52,266 nt of DNA, from assembly GCA_035276505.1 (NCBI GenBank), contig DATELO010000191.1, positions 1 through 52,266 on the forward strand, written 5' to 3'. Numbering within the stretch: position 1 is the first letter of the stretch; every line of letters starts with the position of its first letter. The translations under genes and the position numbers were made by a program. Of this stretch, positions 28,906-39,370 are shown piece after piece. Under the pieces are notes generated by a model. The model saw only the letters and a program-made list of their open reading frames with translations, was not told the DNA's origin and made no database searches. This DNA is from Candidatus Nitrosocosmicus sp. (GTDB lineage: Archaea; Thermoproteota; Nitrososphaeria; Nitrososphaerales; Nitrososphaeraceae).

Positions 28906-30705
28906 ATGTCTGTGATTTCCGATGCTAGCGATAATAATTCTAACCTTAATATTACAAATTACAAAAACGGATCAAAAGACCATAAAGTTAATGACAGGGC
29001 AAATGACAAACTTTTAAACTATAGTAAAACCAACCCTGAAAAAAACATAATCATTACTTCGGCTCTGCCCTATGCTAATGGAGAGATACATCTGGGTCAT
29101 ATCGCTTCCACATACCTCCCGGCAGATATTTTTACCAGATTTTTGAAGATGACAGGCACAAGAGCTTATCATATATGTGCCACCGATGATTATGGGACAC
29201 CAATTCTAATTAAAGCCGAAAAAGAGGGAAAATCACCGGAAGAGTACGTACGTGCTTGGAACTTGAAAGATAAAGAGGATTTCAATTCCATTGGAATAGA
29301 TTTTGATTTCTTCTCAAAAACAAGTTCACTGCAAAATATAGAATTTGTTCAGCAGGTTTTTCTAAAATTGTACGCTAATCATTACATAAAGGAGGAAACT
29401 GTAGTACAATATTATTGTCCTCTTGATCAGAAATATCTTCCTGATAGATATGTCGTTGGTACTTGTCCTTTTTGTAATGCTCAGGACCAATATTCAGACC
29501 TCTGTGAGTCATGTGGTAGGGTTCCCGAGAAAATCTTAAACCCTAAATGTATACTTTGTGGAACAACACCAGTAAAAAAAGAGAGTCTGCATTATTTTTT
29601 TAAGCTTTCAGAGTTTGAAGAAAAATTAGAAAAATGGCTCAAAGCTAATGAGAATTTGCAGTCGGATCTTGTGAATTATGTATTGAATTGGATAAGAACT
29701 GGACTACAGGATTGGGATATCACACGAGACCTCTCTTGGGGAGTGCCAATCCCTAGAAAAAATTCAGAAGATGAATATCGTAATAAGGTTTTCTATGGTT
29801 GGTTTGACAACCATTTGTGTTATATTTCTTCGTTTAATGAGTTTTCAAAAACTGTCCTAAAAAAAAATGGCAAGGATCTTTGGAATAATTCTGAAATAAT
29901 CCATTTTATCGGAAAAGATATTATTTATCACCACTATCTATTCTTGCCAGCCATAAGAATGGGAATAAATTCTGAATATAAACTTCCTGATAAAATTATT
30001 ACTAGAGGGCATCTCTTGTTTCAAAATAGAAAATTATCAAAAAGTAAAAATTGGTCAATTAGTTTAAAAGGATTTATAAAGGACTTTGATCCTGACTATC
30101 TGCGTTTTTATTTATCTTCTATTATTCCTTACTCTCAATCCGACATCAATTTCGACTGGGATACATTTTACGAAAAAATTAATAATGAATTAATTTCAAA
30201 CATTGGTAACTTTGTTAATAGAACTCTTACTTTTACTTTAAGGCAATTTGCAGGAGTAGTTCCTCTTCCAGATACCTTTGATCTAGCAGACATCAAGCTT
30301 ATGGATGAGATTAAGAATGCTGCATTTAAGGTAGGGGATTTGATTTACCATAATCATATCGACAAGGCAATGAAAGAGATTTTGCATATCAGCTCGCTTT
30401 TTAATCAATATTTTCAGAATAAAGAACCTTGGAAATCACCAGCGAGTGCGAATAATACAATATGGATTTCAATTAATGGGGTTAGAGCAATTTCTATTCT
30501 TCTTTACCCATTTATTCCAAAATCGGCTGACAAAATATGGAACCAATTAGGAATTCATGAAGAATTATCTGATCAAAATTGGTATCAAGCTAGCAATCCA
30601 TTGATTAAAGGAGGACACAAGATTAGTAACCACATAGCCCCGATTTTTACGCGCATAGAAAAAGATGCGATTGAACAAATGAAAGCAAATCAAACCAAAG
30701 CTTAG
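28906..30705 (+). CDS. metG: Methionine--tRNA ligase (no C-terminal tRNA-binding domain)
   Basis: ALPYANG.IHLGH, TDDYGTP, Zn knuckles, WDITRD..WG, FIGKDI, KLSKS; Asn/Lys-rich N-terminal extension. Confidence 0.96.
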   Translation: MSVISDASDNNSNLNITNYKNGSKDHKVNDRANDKLLNYSKTNPEKNIIITSALPYANGEIHLGHIASTYLPADIFTRFLKMTGTRAYHICATDDYGTPILIKAEKEGKSPEEYVRAWNLKDKEDFNSIGIDFDFFSKTSSLQNIEFVQQVFLKLYANHYIKEETVVQYYCPLDQKYLPDRYVVGTCPFCNAQDQYSDLCESCGRVPEKILNPKCILCGTTPVKKESLHYFFKLSEFEEKLEKWLKANENLQSDLVNYVLNWIRTGLQDWDITRDLSWGVPIPRKNSEDEYRNKVFYGWFDNHLCYISSFNEFSKTVLKKNGKDLWNNSEIIHFIGKDIIYHHYLFLPAIRMGINSEYKLPDKIITRGHLLFQNRKLSKSKNWSISLKGFIKDFDPDYLRFYLSSIIPYSQSDINFDWDTFYEKINNELISNIGNFVNRTLTFTLRQFAGVVPLPDTFDLADIKLMDEIKNAAFKVGDLIYHNHIDKAMKEILHISSLFNQYFQNKEPWKSPASANNTIWISINGVRAISILLYPFIPKSADKIWNQLGIHEELSDQNWYQASNPLIKGGHKISNHIAPIFTRIEKDAIEQMKANQTKA

Positions 30706-30747
30706 AAGACTAAATAATAGCAAACAATATCTATTAGTTACAAAAAA

Positions 30748-31302
30748 ATGCCTAAAAGATATTTGTCTGCCGCATTCATAGGGCGATTCCAGCCATTTCA
30801 TTTGGGACACTTGGAATTTATACATCAAATTTTGTCGGAGAACTCCGAAGTGATTTTAATAATCGGTAGTTCCCAGGCTAATTTTACTCCTCATAACCCT
30901 TTTACCACCGGGGAACGTATAAAAATGATAAAAGACAGTTTAGTCGAGTCTAAAATCGTTCTGGAAAAGGTGACTATTATACATGTTATGGATGATCAAA
31001 ATAATTATCGCTGGTTCAGCAATTTGAAATCCTTTGCACCATCATTTAACGTTTTTTATACTGGTAATGTTTTCATAAAGCTATTATTAGAGAATGAGCA
31101 GATCTTATTGAGGGAGCCTAATTTTATAAAAAAGGAACTGTACAATGGATCTAATATACGAAGGTTATTGGCAGCACATGATCCACAGTGGAAGAATTTA
31201 GTTCCAAATGCAGTAAAAAAAATCCTTCTTAAATTAGATGGTCCCGAACGAATTCGAAAATTAGAATCTTCCTGGACGGATTCCCCATTTAGCCATCACT
31301 AG
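30748..31302 (+). CDS. nadM: Nicotinamide-nucleotide adenylyltransferase
   Basis: GRFQPFHLGH, IGSSQ....NPFT.GER, GS.IR, W..LVP. Confidence 0.93.
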   Translation: MPKRYLSAAFIGRFQPFHLGHLEFIHQILSENSEVILIIGSSQANFTPHNPFTTGERIKMIKDSLVESKIVLEKVTIIHVMDDQNNYRWFSNLKSFAPSFNVFYTGNVFIKLLLENEQILLREPNFIKKELYNGSNIRRLLAAHDPQWKNLVPNAVKKILLKLDGPERIRKLESSWTDSPFSHH

Positions 31303-31513
31303 GAAATAGATTATTCTGTTATCAACTTAAAAGCTCAAAAATTGATCCCAGACTGATTTAGGTAGATATTTTTACATCGAGTTTTTTTGCAATATATGGA
31401 CTGGCTAAAAGAAATGCAATAAAATTTTTAAAAGCCCTTCTCAATTCGCGGTCCCTTGGAACAAAAAACCGTTATATTTCCTACTTGTAGCTAGAATATA
31501 TCGAGAGGAAATT

Positions 31514-32494
31514 TTAGCATGGTCTTAGTAACACCAAATTAAACCAATTATTTTCATCAGAGAAGATTTTCTCAACCATAAATCCTGATCTTGAAGCTAA
31601 TTTTTCAATTTTTGCTTTATCATATTTATACGAATTCTCAGTATGTATTGTTTCGCCAGCCATAATATGAAATGTCTCTTTATTTCCAGGAATGTCAATA
31701 CTTTGATTAAATCTCGATCTTAAATGCATCTCGATCCTATTTTCCTCGGTATTATAAAATGCATAGTGATCAAAATTTTTTATTTCAAAGTTACCATTTA
31801 GTTCTTTGTTAATTCGGTTCAGCAAATTTAGATTGAACTTGGATGTAAACCCGGCTTTATCGTTATAAGCTGGTTCAATCAAATGAATATCTTTTACTAA
31901 ATCAAACCCAATCAAAAGGAGGTCTTTATCATGCATATTTATTCTAATTTGCTTCAAAAAATCTCTAGCATCTTCTGGCTCAAAGTTACCAATGCTTGAA
32001 CCGAAAAACACTATCAATCTTGAAAAAGTATCGAAACTAATATTGTTCTCAAATAATATGCTGTTACACCGTTTAATACCGTTTATATAATCTTCGGGAA
32101 TTCCCCTAATAATTAGATTCTTATTTAAGGATTCAAGACTTGTAACTATAGAATCTAGGAAGTTTATTGAAATATCGATTGGAAAGTAAAATAATTTTTC
32201 TTGCCTTTTCAGGATTTCATCAAATAAATATCGTGTTTTTTTTGAGCTACCACTCCCTAGTTCAATTAACACTATCTCTTTCGGAATACCCTCAATTATA
32301 TCACCTGAGCTATTTTTTAATATTTTTATCTCAGTACGAGTCGGGTAATATTCTGGCTGTTCTGTGATATACTCAAATAATTGAGAGCCAAATGTATCAT
32401 ATAGATACTTTGACGGAGTTGACTTCTGATGGGAATTGCTTAATCCTTTTAAAATATCATTTCTAAATTCATCGTTATTGTTATCCAAATACAA
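31514..32494 (-). CDS. egtD: L-histidine N-alpha-methyltransferase (hercynine synthase)
   Basis: K..PSKYLYD..GS.LFE.IT..PEYYPTRTE, ELGSG...KT, GSSIGN, AYND..G.T..FNLN.L, RIEMHL, IHTENSYKY. Confidence 0.9.
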   Translation of the reverse strand: MYLDNNNDEFRNDILKGLSNSHQKSTPSKYLYDTFGSQLFEYITEQPEYYPTRTEIKILKNSSGDIIEGIPKEIVLIELGSGSSKKTRYLFDEILKRQEKLFYFPIDISINFLDSIVTSLESLNKNLIIRGIPEDYINGIKRCNSILFENNISFDTFSRLIVFFGSSIGNFEPEDARDFLKQIRINMHDKDLLLIGFDLVKDIHLIEPAYNDKAGFTSKFNLNLLNRINKELNGNFEIKNFDHYAFYNTEENRIEMHLRSRFNQSIDIPGNKETFHIMAGETIHTENSYKYDKAKIEKLASRSGFMVEKIFSDENNWFNLVLLRPC

Positions 32495-32592
32495 ATTTTA
32501 CTTGATCTTTAGAAATAGAGTATAAAAATTTTTGTAACCATCGACCTTACAACACTATTTCATGTTGATAAATCTTGCAATGCTAATGATTT

Positions 32593-33849
32593 CTAGATTT
32601 TCTTGTATCTGTATTCGTTAAGTTTGATGAGATTATTATATGAACCAAAAATCTTCGGGTCTACATTATCTAACATACTTTTTTCATCACTTTCATCGTG
32701 AGAACCAAACTCTTTGATTATTTCGTATCTCGAAGTTCTTTGTGCAGGTATTTTTCCGCTTGCTCTAATTAATTTACGCATATCAAGTGGCTTCATGAAT
32801 TGTCCGTATTGTGAACCAGCAGCAGTAGAAATACTCTCATTAATCAAGCAGCCACCAAGATCATTAACCCCCGCATTCAATAGTATTTGAGATAATTTCG
32901 GTCCTTCTTTGACCCATGACACTTGGATATTATCAATAAGGTTATTAAAAAAAACCCGAGATATTGCATGCATTTTCATTATTTCCATACCATCGGCACC
33001 TTTTCTAATCCCTTTGAGCAGATTATGCTCCGACATGGGGGCTTCGTTGTGAATAAAACTTAGAGGAACGAATTCTGTAAACTTTCCTGTATCTTTCTGA
33101 ATACTTCTGATAATCTCAAGATGAGTAGTAATATCCCTGTAGGTTTCAATATGACCATACATTATGGTAGAAGTTGTTGGGATATCCAGCTTATGAGCTG
33201 TTGAAATTACCTTGATCCAATCTTCGACTTTTATTCTCCCAGGTGATATCTTGTTTCTTACCTCTTTGACCAGTATTTCGGCCGATGTTCCCGGCAAACT
33301 GCCCAATCCTGCATCTTTTAACATCTTTAGATAGTCTTCTATTGTAGAATTTAATCGGCTTGAGCCGTATAATATTTCCTCGGGAGAAAATGCGTGAATG
33401 TGAATATCAGGAATGGCCTTCTTAATGGCCTTGCAAATGTCAATATATAGCATGCCATCCATATTAGGCGGTAAACCTGCCTGTATACAAATTTCCGTCG
33501 CCCCAAAATTCCAAGCCTCTTTGGCACGTCTGACAATTTCTTTAATGGGTAACATATAACCCTCCTCCATCCTAAAGTCCCTACTAAATGCGCAGAAGCC
33601 GCACTGTTTTACACATACATTAGTAAAATTGATATTTCTATTGATAACATAAGTGACTTTATTTCCATTTTTTCGAGATCTTAATTCATCTGCTACTAAC
33701 GAAATCGCAGTCAGGTTCGAGATAGGTGATTCGAATAATTGGATTGTTTCTTTCGTAGTTATTTCTCTATTATCTAAGACCTTATTTAAAATGGAAGAGA
33801 CTTCAGGGTCTAGATTTCTAAATAATTTTTCAATACTCATCCCTAACAC
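32593..33849 (-). CDS. cofH: FO synthase subunit CofH (radical SAM)
   Basis: NRNINFTNVC...CGFC.F, PGTSAEIL, TIMYGH.E, NIQVSWVK.G; probable start ATG 33840 overlapping the cofG stop. Confidence 0.95.
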   Translation of the reverse strand: MLGMSIEKLFRNLDPEVSSILNKVLDNREITTKETIQLFESPISNLTAISLVADELRSRKNGNKVTYVINRNINFTNVCVKQCGFCAFSRDFRMEEGYMLPIKEIVRRAKEAWNFGATEICIQAGLPPNMDGMLYIDICKAIKKAIPDIHIHAFSPEEILYGSSRLNSTIEDYLKMLKDAGLGSLPGTSAEILVKEVRNKISPGRIKVEDWIKVISTAHKLDIPTTSTIMYGHIETYRDITTHLEIIRSIQKDTGKFTEFVPLSFIHNEAPMSEHNLLKGIRKGADGMEIMKMHAISRVFFNNLIDNIQVSWVKEGPKLSQILLNAGVNDLGGCLINESISTAAGSQYGQFMKPLDMRKLIRASGKIPAQRTSRYEIIKEFGSHDESDEKSMLDNVDPKIFGSYNNLIKLNEYRYKKI

Positions 33850-35074
33850 AGTCCTCTTTGACCAAACCGTAATTATCTACAAGCGGTTCTATATAGCCTT
33901 TCAGGGATGGATGCACAAACTTACTTTGTAGAAGGGGGTCGATAAAGTATTTTGGATACAGGGGTAGCCTCGCTCGTAGTATGTATCCATTATCTAACGT
34001 GGTTTTTCTTAGTTCTTTAATCGTTGGCCAAGGACATTCTGGATTAACATAATCAGGAGTCAATGGCGATACGCCGCCCCAGTCATTAATACCCGCGTTT
34101 AGATAATTAGAATAAATACTAGGACTCAGATTTGGAGGCACCTGAATATTTATATTTTGAAGAACTAGTCTAGCAGATGCAACACATCTTAAAAAATATG
34201 AAAAAGTAGGCGAATTAAAATACTCCATGGGAGTGCCCACTTTGGGTAAAAAATTTTGCATTATTACTTCTTGAATATGACCATATTTCTTATTCAAATT
34301 ATTTAATAATAATAGCGAATCAATTACCTCCTCAAAGCTTTCGCCAATTCCGATCAAAAGTCCAGTAGTGATGGGAAAATTTAGTTCACCTGCTGATATG
34401 AGTGATTTCATTCTTACTTTTGGTATTTTGCTTGGTGCATTTTCATGTGCCCCGCCAGCATTAACTAATCGAGCACTAGAATTCTCAAGCATCAAACCAA
34501 GGCTCGCATTTGTTGGCTTTAGGCTTGCCATCTCGCTTTTCGTAAGGGTTCCAGCATTAGTATGTGGTAACAAACCTGTTTTCCTAAGTATTTGTTCACT
34601 TAGATCAGAAATTAATTCACTTAGGTTTCGATGACCGAGATCATTAAGCCAGGTTCTAGCCTGTGGGTATCTTGTTTCAGGCCTTTCTCCGGTTACGATT
34701 AGTGCCTCCGTACAACCAGCTTGTCGACCCGCCTCAGCGATTGCCAATACTTGGGCAGGCGAAAGCATTACAGCCTCTGAATCGTTAGGCTCTTTTTTAT
34801 ACGTGCAATAAGAGCATGAATCTTTACAAAGATTAATTAGATTAATGAATACCTTCCTTGAGTACGTAATAATTTTAGAATTTGAATTGAATTTGCTTCT
34901 GGCATGAGAGGAAAGAAATAAGAGGTCTTTCATCTCACAGTTATATAAAAAACTGGATAACTCGTAATTGTCATCAAACGATTTTCTTTCTGAAAGCTTG
35001 AGTCTAATCTCAGAATTTGTAAATTTAGAATCAACTGAACCAGAGTATTTTTCTATATTCCCAGAAAGAGTCAT
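33830..35074 (-). CDS. cofG: FO synthase subunit CofG (radical SAM)
   Basis: TYSRKVF, C...C.YC, LLPHTNAG, GLMLE, GHIQEVI.QNF, QVPPNL, GINDWGGVSP.T.D.VNPE.PWP. Confidence 0.96.
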   Translation of the reverse strand: MTLSGNIEKYSGSVDSKFTNSEIRLKLSERKSFDDNYELSSFLYNCEMKDLLFLSSHARSKFNSNSKIITYSRKVFINLINLCKDSCSYCTYKKEPNDSEAVMLSPAQVLAIAEAGRQAGCTEALIVTGERPETRYPQARTWLNDLGHRNLSELISDLSEQILRKTGLLPHTNAGTLTKSEMASLKPTNASLGLMLENSSARLVNAGGAHENAPSKIPKVRMKSLISAGELNFPITTGLLIGIGESFEEVIDSLLLLNNLNKKYGHIQEVIMQNFLPKVGTPMEYFNSPTFSYFLRCVASARLVLQNINIQVPPNLSPSIYSNYLNAGINDWGGVSPLTPDYVNPECPWPTIKELRKTTLDNGYILRARLPLYPKYFIDPLLQSKFVHPSLKGYIEPLVDNYGLVKEDCVRDEY

Positions 35075-35217
35075 TATTTTGACATTAAATATGATTATTA
35101 TACATTAAAGGATTGCTAAGTGTAAAATTTTGGGGAATTCAATTTCTATCCTGATTAGAAGATTTTGGATATAGAAATATGATATAAAATATTTTAATCC
35201 CCTTACACATAGTATAA

Positions 35218-35673
35218 TTGAATATGTCTGCCACATTGATCAAGGACACTGATGCTAGAGATGAAAACCTAAAGATTCAGACTAAAAAAATTAGAATCCT
35301 TGTTACCAAACTTGGATTAGATGGTCACGATAGGGGTGCACTTGTAATCTGCAGGGCCCTAAGGGATGCAGGAATGGAGGTAATTTACTCTGGTCTTTTT
35401 TGTACACCCGAACAAGTAGTAAAAACGGCTATTGAAGAAGATGTGGACGTAATAGCCATGAGTTTATTAAATGGCGCTCATCTGACTTTATTTCCTAAGG
35501 TATCTCGCCTATTGAAAGAGAAAAATATCGATGATATATTGTTAGTTGGAGGAGGGGTGATCCCTGAGTCGGATAAAAGTGAACTGGAGAAGTTTGGCAT
35601 AACAGGAAATTTTGGTCCTGGCACTTCCTTAGACATTATAATAGACCATATAATGAAGAATGTGAGAAAGTGA
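35218..35673 (+). CDS. Methylmalonyl-CoA mutase, cobalamin-binding small subunit
   Basis: KLGLDGHDRGA (DxHxxG), LRDAGMEVIY.G, S.L.GAH, GGGVIP, F.PGT. Confidence 0.92.
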   Translation: MNMSATLIKDTDARDENLKIQTKKIRILVTKLGLDGHDRGALVICRALRDAGMEVIYSGLFCTPEQVVKTAIEEDVDVIAMSLLNGAHLTLFPKVSRLLKEKNIDDILLVGGGVIPESDKSELEKFGITGNFGPGTSLDIIIDHIMKNVRK

Positions 35674-35711
35674 AGGATGATTTTCAAAATATCCAAGAAT
35701 TTAGATTAATA

Positions 35712-36716
35712 TTAATTTACATTCTCTGTGGGCCACATCATTTTTCTTAGGTCTTTACCAACTTTTTCGATCTCATGATTTTCCAATTCCAAAAGCATTG
35801 TCTCAAATGCGGTTTTCTTGTCTTTCTTGTAATTGCTAACCCATTCGTTAGCAAATTGACCAGATTGAATCTCGCTCAATACTTCTTTCATTTTTGATTT
35901 TGAACTTTCATCGATTACTCTTTTACCTCGAGTTAACCCACCATATCTAGCGGTTTCACTCACCCTATTATACATGCCTGTAATCCCATATTTTTGAATC
36001 AAATCTACTATTAGTTTTAATTCGTGGAGGCATTCAAAATATGCGATTTCTGGTTGATATCCTGCCTCAACGAGAGTTTCGAATGATTTTAAGACCATTT
36101 GATGGACCCCACCACAAAGATCAACCTGTTCGCCAAACCAGTCAGTCTCAACTTCTTCCTTAAAATTAGTTTCTAAAACTCCAGGTCGAGTACTTCCTAT
36201 AGATTTAGCTAGGGCTAAAGCTTTGTCCCATGCCTTTTTAGTGTAATCCTGGTGAACGGCTACCAAGGATGGTGTACCAAAACCTTCTAGAAATAATTCC
36301 CTTACCCTTTGACCTGGACCCTTCGGGGCGACCATTATCACATCTACGTTAGCGGGGGGTTGAATCCACTTCCAATGAATGGCGGCACCATGCGAAAAAC
36401 TAATTGTATTGCTCTCGGAAAGATGCGGCGCAATCTCATTTTTAAAACTATTTTCTTGCTCCATATCTGGTATTAATATGTGAATAAGCTCTGATTCTTT
36501 TACAGCGTCTTCAACTTTAAGGACGTGGTGGCCATCAGCTACTGCCTTTTCCCATGTTTTCCCATTTGGTCTAAGGCCAACGGTCACCGTAAGTCCGGAA
36601 TCTTTCATATTAGAAGCTTGAGCAGCTCCTTGAATGCCATATCCTATTACCGCAATTTTAACATCCTTTAGCGGCTCTAGTGATACTTGATTATCTAGCC
36701 ATCTTTTTATAGCCAT
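35712..36716 (-). CDS. ilvC: Ketol-acid reductoisomerase
   Basis: IGYG.QG, MVAPKGPG, E.ETD.FGEQ..LCG, AYFECLHE.KLIVDL, SETA.YG. Confidence 0.97.
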   Translation of the reverse strand: MAIKRWLDNQVSLEPLKDVKIAVIGYGIQGAAQASNMKDSGLTVTVGLRPNGKTWEKAVADGHHVLKVEDAVKESELIHILIPDMEQENSFKNEIAPHLSESNTISFSHGAAIHWKWIQPPANVDVIMVAPKGPGQRVRELFLEGFGTPSLVAVHQDYTKKAWDKALALAKSIGSTRPGVLETNFKEEVETDWFGEQVDLCGGVHQMVLKSFETLVEAGYQPEIAYFECLHELKLIVDLIQKYGITGMYNRVSETARYGGLTRGKRVIDESSKSKMKEVLSEIQSGQFANEWVSNYKKDKKTAFETMLLELENHEIEKVGKDLRKMMWPTENVN

Positions 36717-36785
36717 AGGTTAAGAGGAATTCAAATTCATATATGTTCTTATTGATTCAAAATGGTCATCGTACAAAAAAAGTTT

Positions 36786-37766
36786 CTAGTCTCTATTTAG
36801 AAATTTGTATAATTTACGGTATGACTGATCCAAGTCAATTTGAGTTGCGATTTCTTTCTTAACTTCGGATACGTAATTCTCAATATCCTTTTTGTTTGTT
36901 ACCTCTAATAGCTCAGACAAATCATTATACAGTTTCCCATATTTACGGATTGTAGATATTGATATGGGGCTGTTTAAAAAGAGTCCAGAAAAAAGTGATG
37001 GATCATCAGTTAGTATACTTTCACTCAACATTGATTGAACCTTGTAGGAGCTGCCAGAGACTTGTTTTAGGAATTTAAGATTTACTTTCTTGCTTTTTGA
37101 ATCGTAGTTATTAATAGTATCAATCAACATTCTTGAAAATACCAAATTAATGAAATATATCAAACTTATCATAATCGAAACTAATGAATCATGGTTTGCG
37201 GCATTATCCACCTTAATAATTCTAAATTTTGGAAAAATCCTCTTTACTAGTCTGAACTCATGCGACCTGTTAGAACTTTCTACGGGGACATGTAGAACAA
37301 TATTATTAGGGGAAGCGACGAGTGCACCAGGGCCAAACATAGGATGAATAGAGATAAATCTAAAATCCTTTTGATTATTATAATAATACCTTCTCAATTT
37401 TTTATGGATTTGATTCTTAATCGATGATACCTCAATAATAGTTGTACTTGGTTGAATTAATTTTATTAGTTGCTTGAATAACTGGATAGTTATTTCTGCA
37501 GGGGTGCAAAAGACTATGATATTGCTCTCTTTTATAAAATCTGAAACTTGTTCAGAACTATAAACATTCTTATCCTTTATAGTGTCAAAATAATCTATTC
37601 TTTTACTATCAACAAGAAATATCTTGTCTAATTTCATATATTTCTTATGATTCGTTTTTTTAGTTAATTCAGAGAGATATCCGGATTGGTCACGTAGATA
37701 TACAAAGTAACGAAAAAACCAACTGCCCATTCGCCCTCCGGCACCTATTATTAAGACATTAGACAA
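36786..37766 (-). CDS. tyrA: Prephenate/arogenate dehydrogenase (TyrA family)
   Basis: IIGAGGRMG.WF, EVSSIK, SIHPMFGP, HD; last gene of the aro cluster. Confidence 0.85.
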   Translation of the reverse strand: MSNVLIIGAGGRMGSWFFRYFVYLRDQSGYLSELTKKTNHKKYMKLDKIFLVDSKRIDYFDTIKDKNVYSSEQVSDFIKESNIIVFCTPAEITIQLFKQLIKLIQPSTTIIEVSSIKNQIHKKLRRYYYNNQKDFRFISIHPMFGPGALVASPNNIVLHVPVESSNRSHEFRLVKRIFPKFRIIKVDNAANHDSLVSIMISLIYFINLVFSRMLIDTINNYDSKSKKVNLKFLKQVSGSSYKVQSMLSESILTDDPSLFSGLFLNSPISISTIRKYGKLYNDLSELLEVTNKKDIENYVSEVKKEIATQIDLDQSYRKLYKFLNRD

Positions 37767-37812
37767 CTAGATCACTTTAATTAAGACTTTTGAACATTAA
37801 TTTTGAGCCCCT

Positions 37813-39354
37813 CTAAATATCCCCCAGGGTCTTTGCAATCACTTCTAGTCCGCTTTTTATCTTTTCTGCTTCAATGCAAGTGGATATGCGTATAAAATTA
37901 GAATAACTCGATCCAAATCCACTTCCGGGTGCTACCGCTACACCGTTGTCTAACAGGCTTTCGACGAGCTTCAAGTCCGAAATCTTTAATCCGTTATTAA
38001 TTCTGGCAAAGACATACATTGCACCATCTGGCACTGCATAGTCAAACGGCAAGTTTTTCAAACCATTACACACCAGTTCTATGCGCTCTTTCATTATCTG
38101 TCGATAAATTGTTGGATCAAACTCTAGCGCAAGAGAAGCACAATATTGCATGGGTTCAGCCACGGACGTTAATGCTAAAGCCTGAATTTTTGTTAACTTT
38201 TCAATGATATTTTTATCAGTCGAATATGCAAAGCCAACCCTAAATCCTGTCATGGCAAAGGTTTTGGAAAATGAACCTACTAATATCGCCTTCTCGTAAT
38301 CAAAATTAATTATACTTTCAAATGGTTTGTAGGTATAATTGGAGTATACTTCATCGCTTAAAACATAAAGATTTGATTTTGAAGCCAAGGCAACAATTTT
38401 ATTTAGAGTTTCTTTTGAAAGGATTTTTCCTGTTGGATTATTAGGATAATTTAAGCAAATAATTTTAGTATTAATATTGATTTGGTCCTCTATCTCATTC
38501 AAATCAGGTTCCCAATATTTTTCCAAATTTGATTTCACGATCCTTGTCTTAACTCCCAAATAATTAGCACAATCGTTACAAGCTGGCCAAGCTGGTTCTA
38601 TCACTATGATTTCATCACCAGGTCTAAGTAACGAAGAGAAAGTTATAAAAATACCGAATCTACCGCCGGGAGTTACAATAATATCATGTGGATATACCAG
38701 ATTATTGTATTTCTTATTTTCTGAGTTCTCTGTAAAAAAAGTTGTCAAGTATTTCGACAATCGTGCACGAAGTTCCGCGATCCCTGTTGCTTGAGTATAA
38801 TGAAATTTTCTAGAGTCATATATACTACTTAATTCATTTCGAACTTCAACTGGTGGAGGGAAATCTGGTTCGCCCACCTCCATATGTATAATGCTTTTTC
38901 CCTTAGATTCGAGCATCTTGGCGAAATTAAAAACATCCAGGTGAGACCTAATCTTTGATCTTTTCTCTGCTATGTTGGAATCTACAAAATTCGTTTTACT
39001 TGTTACATCTACATCAGTACTATTTTTCTCAACATGATGCGATCTATTAGCCATAATATTCACATGACCTAGCTTTTTCATTCTTTCGATATTTTGGATT
39101 CTTACAGCCTCGGTAATTAATAAATTTACTACTCTACCTGTAAATTCAGGGTCAAGACTATAGTTTTTTGAATTATCTAGAACGTGACTCTTTACACCTA
39201 ATTCGGCTTTATCGTCTACGATATCTAAGTCCAAAATGGTTTTGATTTCTCCTATTCTCTTGGCAATCTCCATTCTGTGACTAATCAAACCCAATATTTG
39301 ATTAGTTATTTGTTTCATCTCGTTTCTTAATTTATCAACTTCATCAAGCGACAT
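37813..39354 (-). CDS. Chorismate mutase (AroQ) fused to class I/II PLP aminotransferase
   Basis: N-terminal LR.E...I..LI..R...A..IG.IK......D...E; C-terminal GEPDF, PNNPTG, SDEVY, SFSK..AMTG.RVG, PG..FG. Confidence 0.88.
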   Translation of the reverse strand: MSLDEVDKLRNEMKQITNQILGLISHRMEIAKRIGEIKTILDLDIVDDKAELGVKSHVLDNSKNYSLDPEFTGRVVNLLITEAVRIQNIERMKKLGHVNIMANRSHHVEKNSTDVDVTSKTNFVDSNIAEKRSKIRSHLDVFNFAKMLESKGKSIIHMEVGEPDFPPPVEVRNELSSIYDSRKFHYTQATGIAELRARLSKYLTTFFTENSENKKYNNLVYPHDIIVTPGGRFGIFITFSSLLRPGDEIIVIEPAWPACNDCANYLGVKTRIVKSNLEKYWEPDLNEIEDQININTKIICLNYPNNPTGKILSKETLNKIVALASKSNLYVLSDEVYSNYTYKPFESIINFDYEKAILVGSFSKTFAMTGFRVGFAYSTDKNIIEKLTKIQALALTSVAEPMQYCASLALEFDPTIYRQIMKERIELVCNGLKNLPFDYAVPDGAMYVFARINNGLKISDLKLVESLLDNGVAVAPGSGFGSSYSNFIRISTCIEAEKIKSGLEVIAKTLGDI

Positions 39355-39370
39355 GATACTTCATCATCAC

